A stretch of DNA of 64,000 bases, taken from Ministeria vibrans ATCC 50519 (Eukaryota > Protista > Filasterea). A model generated the notes under the pieces. The model saw only the letters and a program-made list of their open reading frames with translations, was not told where the DNA came from and did not search any database. Numbering within the stretch: position 1 is the first letter of the stretch; each line of letters starts with the position of its first letter. The stretch lies in the NCBI GenBank assembly GCA_943704425.1, contig CALSCP010000335.1, positions 50,772-114,771 on the forward strand, written 5' to 3'. Below, one piece after another: positions 49,602 to 64,000 of the stretch. The position numbers were made by a program, and so were the translations under genes.

Positions 49602-50243
49602 TTGGCACATCTTCACGAACAAATTGGCGAACATGAAGCGGCAGCTCATTACTACACTCGCGTTACCGAACGCGCAGCAACTGTACATCTTTTCTGTTAA
49701 CTGCTCATTTGAGTTCTGTCCATCACACTCCTTTTCCCCTCCTTCCCCGTTCTCTCAGATGGAATATGCGTCTGCTGTGCGTGCGTGTAAGTTTCTTGCG
49801 CAGCACTTCCTGTCCAAGGGCGAAAATAGTCGTGCTGAAGTCTACCTCAACCGTCTCCTTGACTTTGGTGGCCCCGTACGCGCACACTCACCAGCAATTT
49901 AACATATTTTACTCATTGCCTCTCTCTCTCGCGCTCTATCTTTCACTTTGTTTCTTTTTCCCTCCCTCTTCTTTCTCTCTCACTACCTATCACTTTGTTT
50001 CTCTTTCTCTCTCTCACTATCTATCACTTTGTTTCTCTTTCCCTCCCTCTAATTTTTTTTTCTCTCTCTCTCGCTTTTTCTCTACTACTTGTTTCTTTCT
50101 CCTCTCCCTGCCTCTTCCTATATTTGCAGGATCGCGAGATTGCGAAAATTCAACTGCAGAACATGCGCATTTCAGATTCACTCTCAATCGATGGCGATGG
50201 GGGTTTGGGTGGACTAGACTGCAGTCGCAACACCATTGTGTAA
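49602..50243 (+). CDS. CDC23: Anaphase-promoting complex subunit 8 (CDC23), last three exons only
   Basis: LAHLHEQIGEHEAAAHYY|..ACKFLAQHFLSKGENSRAEVYLNRLLDFGGP|DREIAK resembles the C-terminal TPRs of APC8. Confidence 0.7.
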
Positions 50244-50274
50244 TAGGAACAAGGAACAACATACAATACACTGT

Positions 50275-52838
50275 TTAATCGACTGGAATCGCATTGTCGA
50301 GAATCACCACTGCTAGTTGAGTGGGCGTCGACAGAGCAGAGACTGCCACGGGCACACACAGACAGTGTTGTTTCGAAAGCGCCCGGGCTGCCTGTGTTGC
50401 CAGGTGCGCATGGCCTGCGTCTACACGACAGAGCAGTCGCATGTGCACACAGTCGTCCATGAGTTGCGTCTGTAGTCGCCTCACACAGTCCCACAGCCGC
50501 TCCAGTAACAGCGAACCACACATGTCCAATGTTATGGGATCCATTGAGGTCACAGACAAACAGTGTGCACCGCATTGCTCCACCACAAGCACAACAGGGC
50601 TCAAAGCAACACATACTTCCTCACGCACCCACGCAGGCAATGCGCGTACCACACCAAACCCTCCGCCACTGACACCACCATCACCATCATCGCTATCGTC
50701 ATTGTCAGACTCCACCTTGCGCTCGCACTCCATCACCATATGCCACTCCACTTGCGCACCCCGAGGCAGTCCAGCCACACTGGCAAACACCACAGCCGTT
50801 GTTTGCCCATTTTCCCATTCGTTGCTCTCCTTTATACACTCTTTCGCAATCCTTTGCGTTGTGAGAAAGTGTTGTTAGTGAAATAAGTAATGTGATTTTC
50901 AACTTACTCAATGTCTGATTCGGATGTGACAAAGCACAGACACAGAGTCACCACGGGCATTCGAGGCAGTTTGCTCGCCACAACGTCACGCACGCGCGCA
51001 CAGTGTCGCAAGGCCAAAAGACCCTCCACAAACACACTAGAAAAATATCAGCACAAGAGAGAGAGAAAGAGAGAGAAAGAAAATGATAGGGAGAGAGCAG
51101 TGATAGAAAAAAGTAATAGTGATGGAAAACAAAAGTGATAAAGTGATGAAGAACAAAACAAAGTGAAAAATGGAGAACAAAAAGAGATACAACAAAGTGA
51201 TAAAGTGATGAAGAACAAAACAAAGAGATAGAACAAAGTGATAAAAAACAAAGTGATAGAAAACAAACAAATTTATAGAGCACAAAAGAAAGTGATAGAG
51301 AACAAAAACAAAAGTGATAACAAAAAGTGATAGAATACAAAGTGATAGAACACAAAGTGATACAGAAATAGAAAAATGAATGTGAGTACCTTTCGTTGCA
51401 TTGGGGAAACTCCATTGTGGCCGGAATAAGCCCAATCTGCCCCGAAAAGTACACTCGCGTGCCAATCTACATACAAAAAAAAACAAAATTAATCTTACAG
51501 TCAACATACAACAAAATATTAATTCTTTTAAATTTGTCTCACTGTGATTGCTTGGCTGTACGGCCCGATGTTGGCGGGAGCCCAATGAGAGCGACTTTGG
51601 ACATAGAGTGAGCGACGGAGCGGAAGAGCGATAGACGAACCATCGGAAGAGGAGGCACAGGGACGCGCAATCAGATCGAGCTGAATGGCACAAGGGGAGT
51701 CGCTCTGGAGCGCAACACACACTCTACAACCACAATGTATGAGTACAATCTCATCATCATAGTATAAAAAGGCTACCGTGCGGGTGGGGAGGAGTGGAAA
51801 ACAGAGGCGTAGAGGCCGTTAATGTGGGCAAAGAGGGACATGTCGGTCACGTAGAGATGCACAAGCAACACTTGTTCGCATGTGATGTGTTCGCGCGCAA
51901 GACAGTCTGATACAGAATTTTTAAAAAAATGCATTAGGCACACAGCAACACGTAAAGTGGTATACCGGAGAGAGCGGAAAAGGCGGATGAAAGATGTTCG
52001 ACGGAAGAAACAGCAACAGAGAGTGCAAGAGATGATGAGGCATTGCGCACACAGGAGAGCACAAAGGGTTCTTGTGGCTCTTCTGTTGAGTGGGTTGCAG
52101 TTGCTGCACCCACGGCATTTTCCCCCTGAACGCGCTCTTTCCCATTCCACTGCTCAACACACTCTTCAATCTGAATGAAAATATAAACGTGTGTCTGTGT
52201 GAATACATGACACACATGTGCAAAAAATGTGAGTTACAAATCCAGTGACATGAGCATCCGCGCGAATAAGACGAGTAGTGTGGGCGAGCACCTCCGCGTC
52301 GTGCGTCCGCTCAGAAGCACTCTTGGCCTCTACTGTCGCTGCGTGAATCAACAGATGCGCTACAGGACACACTGTGTCGTCCGACTCGCTCACAATGTTC
52401 CGCTCCCCACTGAAAAGATGAAAGAGTCAGAACAAGCGTAAGTTAAAACCCACACACATAGTTATGTGATTACAGAATAATGCGTTGGGTGAAGAAGGGC
52501 GCATCGGTCGTGAATGTCTCATATTCGCCTCCTTCGCCGCACTCGTGTACCTCATACATTTGATTCTACCAGGCATACCACCAAACGTTAGAGTGTAATT
52601 TTCATTTTCACTCTTACCAGTTTCACTAGTGTCTGTTGCATTTCTGCAAGAGACTTTCCCAAATGACGGGAAGGTACTAGTCCTACATACGCACACACAA
52701 CACAGACACACAAAGCGATGAGAGACCACGCACAGACACAAACAGACACATACATACATACAGACACACATACAGACACACACACATATACACACAGACA
52801 GACAGACCGACAGACAGACAGACAGACATACACACACA

Positions 52839-52879
<41 letters not shown>

Positions 52880-53685
52880 TAAAGTTTGTTTTTCGCACCG
52901 GCTGCAGCCACTTTGATGAGAACCGAGTTCATTTCTGCTGTGATCATTTCGTTGAGCAGTTCGTGTTGGTTCCGCTGCCACAGCCATGCCAGTGAGATTA
53001 AGCCCAGTCGTTTACAGCTATTCAAATCGGAGGGTATCATAAGAGAGTGCATAATAAATAATAATCATTTCTATTGCTATGGTTGTTCGTACACATGCTC
53101 AACGCGGATGCGCTGGTAGTCGGAGAGAATGGCGCCGCTGCACACCGCTTCGACCTGGGGAAAGTGACGCTAACAGACCGAGTGCATAGTGTTTGAGACA
53201 CATGAGGAGAAAGGGAGTCTCCCGCGTTTCCCAGTCAGTCCAAACCTTGACATCGCTGAGCAGCTCGAGCAGATCCTCAACCTCGTCGTCGGCACACACG
53301 CTGTACTCCATCGACACAACAGTGGATCGCCCCTGAATCTGCCGACGGACCAGCGGCAGCTCGGCCGCCTGCGCAATCAGTGCCACTGCCTCGTGCCCCA
53401 CCGTTTGGTACATGAAGCTGTCGAGTTCGTGCTCTACGCAGCGCACCAATGAGTCGACTGTGCGCATCTCTCTGTTTCTCGCGCCCTACTTCCACTTTCA
53501 GGCTGCAGATTCGCAAAGGCAACCACCTCATGGCCAAGGGCGAGGCATTGGACGACCGAATAACAGCTGTCCTTGCCGCCACTACGCAAGACGAGAGAGA
53601 GAGAGAGGGAGAGACAGAGAGAGAGAGAGAGTCAGTGACTGAGTGTGAGTGTTGAAACGGACCTCAGCAACGCAACCACTTTCAT
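50275..53685 (-). CDS. DPH6: Diphthine--ammonia ligase with two C-terminal RidA/YjgF domains, multi-exon
   Basis: MKVVALL|SGGKDSCY; [12 protein letters not shown]; DEVEDL; [13 protein letters not shown]; CGEGGEYET; [18 protein letters not shown]; [18 protein letters not shown]; LPRGAQVEW. Confidence 0.93.
51100..51370. repeat. Degenerate minisatellite built from about ten copies of AAAGTGAT(A/G) in a DPH6 intron
   Basis: Repeated (C)AAAGTGATAG/A units separated by A-rich spacers. Confidence 0.85.
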
Positions 53686-53963
53686 CCTTTGTGGCAACAG
53701 GCAAGGTTACTTCACACTCCGATAGGCAATAGTCTTATCCTCGCTTGCCTGTCGTCTACTACAAACAGAAGATCAAAGTGATTCAATAATCAATAGTCAT
53801 CAATTTTCAAAACCATATCAAAATCAAATTTTCGAATCATTTTTTTTATTCAATCTTTACCGCGCGTGGCTACCCCTCCACGCTGCGTAACCTCTGACTG
53901 AGCTCACTTGAGTTTCACGTTTTATTTTTGTGACATCAATCTGAGCGATAACCAAAAAAAAAA

Positions 53964-56635
<2,672 letters not shown>

Positions 56636-57001
56636 TCGTGTCCTCTTCAGGCCCCATAGACCATAGGATATGGTCCCTATGAATTATGATTCTCTTCTCA
56701 ATACACAATGGTGATTCAAACCTTTCATTTGAAAAAAGTTGTAAAATCGAATGCATAATTAAAATATTTTATGATAATGATAAGCAACGACAGCTTGTCA
56801 GAGCCCTAGGCCCTTATTTAGCCCCCACTGCCCACTGGGGGTATGGCGTACCATTGCGATCACCTCACTGGGTATCAACTGCACTTTTCCTTTTGTTGTA
56901 GAGTGGTTGTAGATCCCCTGATGACTATTTCTGAATATTCTTGATTCTTCTCATTTGCAGAATTGCTCAATATTTTCATCGACGACGCCTCTCTCATCAA
57001 C

Positions 57002-57774
57002 ATGGCTGGACGTAAGCACCCTAATGGGAATGGGATGTGGATCGTCACGGGCGGTCTCGTGTGTGTGTGTGTGTGTGGCTCTTTCTCTCTGGTTGAGATG
57101 TCATAATCCGACTCCACCGCGTTGTTCGCCTCCCCTTCGCTTCCCCCGCCTGCATGCCCCTCCTGCCGCCCCCACCTGCTGTAGTGGTGGCTACCCATCC
57201 AGCTTCTCCCTCTCGCACTGCCACTGTTGCTCTCAAAGGCCCCCAATGCGCCACCACGCGCCAAAACGTGTTTTTTTTTTTTTTTTTTTTTTTCTCTTGT
57301 TACGAAACGTTTAAGTGGTACTATCGTCTTTCCCTACGCCACACCCTCTCGCACGGGCTTGAATAGCTCTCTATGGGGGCTGAGCGAGTGGGAATGAGCC
57401 TCAGCTTGTCTGCTGGCTCGAAACACGCCACTCATCCCGTCGCAATGAGACGCAGACACAAGGGCCACCACACACACTAAGCACTCAGCACACACACTTG
57501 AACTGCCGTTTCCATCGCATCCATCCGTTTGCTTGACCTGTGCTTGAGCTCACGTCGTCACTGGAACCTGACCTTATTAATATCACTGTAGAGGGAATAA
57601 ACATTGCGGATCTGCTGAATGGAGCCAACCCCGAGCTGCTCGCAGCCCTCCAGGTATGCATCCCCAGCACCCAATGTGTATTCTTGTTTCTTATGTTCTC
57701 TCTGTCACACACACACACTCTCTCTATCACTTTGTTTATCTCTCTGACTCTCTCTTTCTCTCTTCTCTCTCTTC

Positions 57775-57869
<95 letters not shown>

Positions 57870-57887
57870 CTTTGTTTCTCCCTCCTT

Positions 57888-57981
<94 letters not shown>

Positions 57982-59573
57982 AGGCGCAAATGGCCAACAC
58001 GGACACTGGGTATGTCGACAGCCTGCCCAAGGCTGTGAAACGCCGCATCAAGGCGCTCTTCAGACTCCACGTACGATGAGACGCAGACGATATTGGATTG
58101 TCGGCTAACTCAAGTCTCATTTTTTTGTATTATATTATTTTTGTGTATTAGGACCAACTGGAGGAGAGCGAAACAGAGCTCCAGAAGGAAATCATCGAAC
58201 TTGAGCGCAAGTACGCTAAGATCAACGAACCTCTATTTGCCAAGCGCGCACTGATCACATCGGGCAAATACGAGCCGACCGATGAGGAATGTGTCTACGA
58301 AGGTGCTGACGACGACGAGGACGACGAGGACGATGAAGAATTGACGGTGAGTCAAGCAACAAAAACCTCATTTATGTATATGAACATCTGTGTGTTAGGA
58401 CGGTCTGAAGAAGGCGAAAATCACCGAGCTGGACGATGAAGGCAAGGACCAGGAGAAGAAGGAGGGCGAAGAGGAGGAGGACGAGGAGGAAGCCGTTGGC
58501 GTTCCTGAATTTTGGTTCTCGACGCTCAAGAACCACGAACTGTTTGATGAGACAATGCTGGAGCACGACTACGAGGCTCTTGCCCAGCTGCAGGACATCA
58601 AGGTCGAACCTCTGGTCGACAATGCCGGTTTCAAGCTCATCTTTGTCTTTGGCGAAGGTGAGTGTTTTATATATATATATATATCTCAAATTGTATGGCT
58701 GACTCAACGTGTGATGATAGAAAACACTGTCATGGAGGAGAGTGAGCTGGTGAAGACCTACTTTGTGAACATTGAGAAGGGCGGTGAGCTTATGTACGAG
58801 CGATCCGTGGGCTGCTCCATTACATGGAAGGAGGGCAAGAACCCGACGGTACGCGTGCCGAAGAAACGAAGAAAAGATTATTTTTTTTACTAAAATTTAA
58901 TTTTTCAATGTCTTTTGTAGGTCAAGACTGTGAAGAAGACTCAGCGACACAAGGGCAAGGGCACGACGCGTGTGGTGACGCGCGAAGTGAAGCAGGACTC
59001 GTTCTTTTCGTTTTTCTCGCCGCCGAAGCAGCCGGAGCGCAAGGAGGGCGACGACGAGGACGACGAGGAGGAAGAGGTTGACGAGGAGACGCAGAGGAAG
59101 ATTGCGATGGACTATCAGATGGGTGAGGTGCTCAAGGAGCGCATTGTGCCGCACGCCGTCATGTGGTTTACGGGTCAGGGCGATGACGAGTCGGACGACG
59201 ACGACGAAGACTACGATGACGAAGACGACGACGAGGACGACGAAGACGATGGCGATGCTGTCCACCAAGGTCGTGCCCTCCGACATGTAAGGTTTTTGCG
59301 AGCGTAAACGAGGGCGTGTGTCTGTCTTGGTGTGTGTGACTTGGTCGGTGTTTGTGATTCTGTGGGCATGCGCAGTGTGGCTCAATGTCGCGTGTGGTTT
59401 GGTTTGTGTAGGGTCGCCGTGCTCGTGGTGGCGATGACGACGATGACGATGAGGATGATCCTGAGTTCCAGCCTCCCGTAAGCAACAATCCCACTTGTTT
59501 AGTTTGAATATTAATAATAATATAATGGTGTTTTTTGTAGGCTGGTAACCCTCCGGATTGCAAGCAGCAGTAA
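57002..59573 (+). CDS. NAP1: Nucleosome assembly protein 1 with C-terminal CAAX (CKQQ), multi-exon
   Basis: [16 protein letters not shown]; ELERKY; YEPTDEEC; GVPEFW; [11 protein letters not shown]; [14 protein letters not shown]; DSFFSFF; [13 protein letters not shown]; PPDCKQQ. Confidence 0.95.
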
Positions 59574-59682
59574 TGCAATTGATTCGAAAGAAACATAGAG
59601 AGAAAAAGTGCAACGAGATTTTTTTATTCAAGCGGAAACCAAATTTCAGAGTGAGAGAGAGACCGACACGCACATAGAACAA

Positions 59683-62765
<3,083 letters not shown>

Positions 62766-62862
62766 CTCCAATTGAATAGTAAAAATTGTGAAATTTGAAA
62801 AAAAATATTTGACATTGACGTTCTGTCGTTCTCGAAATAATTTATTATACTAAATTTTCACA

Positions 62863-64000
62863 ATGGCCGGACTTTTTGGTGTCCTGGCAGAGGCGAACTT
62901 AGATCATCTGTATGACGATCTAAAGGCCCGCGGAGTCTTCACCGTTGACAGCTTGTCTTCTCTTGATGTCGAGGTTCGTTTTTTCACCGTCTGTTTCAAA
63001 CACCAGTACACACTTTGAAACATTGCGCTGTCTTTCAGGCGTTCATTCGAAGCGACGACGTGTACCTGGACGATGCCGACGAACGAGATCGCTTACGTGA
63101 CCTTGTGCAGGCACATCGGCCACAGGCGGCTGCTCCAGCGCGTCTTGCACGAAAGGTATCGACTGCGTCAACGCACTCCGCGTCGAAGCCATCGTCGTCG
63201 TCGCGCGCCGCCTCTGCCGCCTCCACACGCACCACGGGCGCTTCGAAGGCATCCTCCTCCTCGACAACGTCTTCCACCGCCGCCACCTTCTCCAGCGCCT
63301 CCGCAACAGCCATAGCATCGTCGTCGTCTTCGACACGCTCGTCATCGAAACGCCCCGCACCAAAACACAGCAACGGACCGCCCACGGCCACGCCCACACC
63401 CACAGCAACCCCTAATCGGGGCACCGCGTCATTTTCTCTGTCTGCTTCGGACCGCATCCGTGTGTGCGTGCGCAAACGCCCGTTACACGCGAACGAAACG
63501 GATGCGGGTCAAATTGACATTCTGTCGGTGGACAGTCGCGGTTCACTGCGAGTGTTTGAGCCAAAAGTCGCCGTCGACTTGCGCTCGTTTACGCAGTCGC
63601 ATGCCTTTCACTTTGATGAGGCTATAGATGCGGACCAGAGTAACGCGCAGGTGTACGTGCGCACGGCAGCTCCTCTGGTGCGTCGCGTGCTTGAAGACGG
63701 CTACAAGGCAACCTGTTTCGCCTATGGTCAGACAGGCAGCGGCAAGACGCACACTATGATGGGCGTGCGTGGCGGCACTGATCCCGGTCTTTATGTGCTT
63801 GCGGCACAAGACGTCTTTGCGGGTCTTGCGTCGATTGCGCTTGCTCAACGACCACAAGTCCTATGCTCCTTCTACGAGATCTACTGTGGCCAATTGTATG
63901 ACCTGTTGAATTCACGCGAGAAGCTACACGCGCGCGAAGATGCACATCGTCGTGTGATTGTACAAGGGTTGCGTGCGACGCCCGTTGGCAACACAGCCGA
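62863..64000 (+). CDS. KIF24: Kinesin-13, KIF24-like (N-terminal SAM-like segment), truncated by the window end
   Basis: N-terminal LAEANLDHLYDDL; RIRVCVRKRP; FEPKVAVDL (KVD-type loop); FHFDE; ATCFAYGQTGSGKTHTM; SFYEIYCGQLYDLLN. Confidence 0.8.

Noticed and set aside
51100-51370. CRISPR-like repeat/spacer appearance
   Set aside because: Units are about 10 bp with short A-rich non-unique spacers, lie in a eukaryotic intron, and no cas genes are present.
50275-53685. DPH6-RidA fusion as a novelty
   Set aside because: This architecture is already known for Dph6 in fungi and plants.
56645-56681. Hairpin GACCATA/TATGGTC just after the AMPK stop
   Set aside because: Short stem without SECIS or other recognisable features; AMPK ends at its expected position.
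56773-56925. Possible structured ncRNA upstream of NAP1 (ATGATAA..CTGA, GC hairpin)
   Set aside because: Box C is imperfect, no rRNA guide or snRNA match was recognised; it needs an Rfam search before any call.
57780-57977. Possible misjoins at other long SSRs (NAP1, TIM22, ACY1, MiaA, CK1, GH32 introns)
   Set aside because: Flanking exons continue the same protein in frame.

Overview
Gene-dense, intron-rich eukaryotic nuclear DNA in the standard code, with short GT-AG introns that often carry (CA)n, (CT)n, (AAT)n or poly-T tracts. It most likely comes from a flagellated unicellular holozoan (choanoflagellate-like), inferred from an SH3-SH2 adaptor, strawberry notch, and the ciliary/centriolar genes MOK, KIF24-like kinesin-13, CEP95 and CCDC92/74. 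About 30 protein-coding loci were rebuilt by hand from spliced exons, including SBNO, MiaA/TRIT1, ACY1, TIM22, YbeY, DDB1, PLAC8, AKR1/ZDHHC17, DIM1, CK1, ILVBL, AAMP, a TRM9-like methyltransferase, DPH6-RidA, AMPK alpha, NAP1 and a GH32 invertase. The most striking pattern is four broken loci where a 5' gene part is joined, same strand, to a non-matching 3' part exactly at an intronic poly-T or (CT)n tract: sulfatase|alpha/beta-hydrolase, mitochondrial exon|COQ7 C-half, membrane-protein exon|USP C-terminus, and secreted-protein exon|CDC23 C-terminus. Repeat-mediated misassembly is the most parsimonious explanation; real SSR-mediated rearrangement cannot be excluded without reads. Other highlights: a dispersed microsatellite-embedded CTATCACTTTG motif (also amplified into a minisatellite), a duplicated intact terminal exon in YbeY, a plant-like GH32 with an inserted PAN/apple-like module, and pseudo-enzyme or non-RD kinase variants. 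All family calls come from recognising motifs, not from database searches, and exon boundaries are manual.
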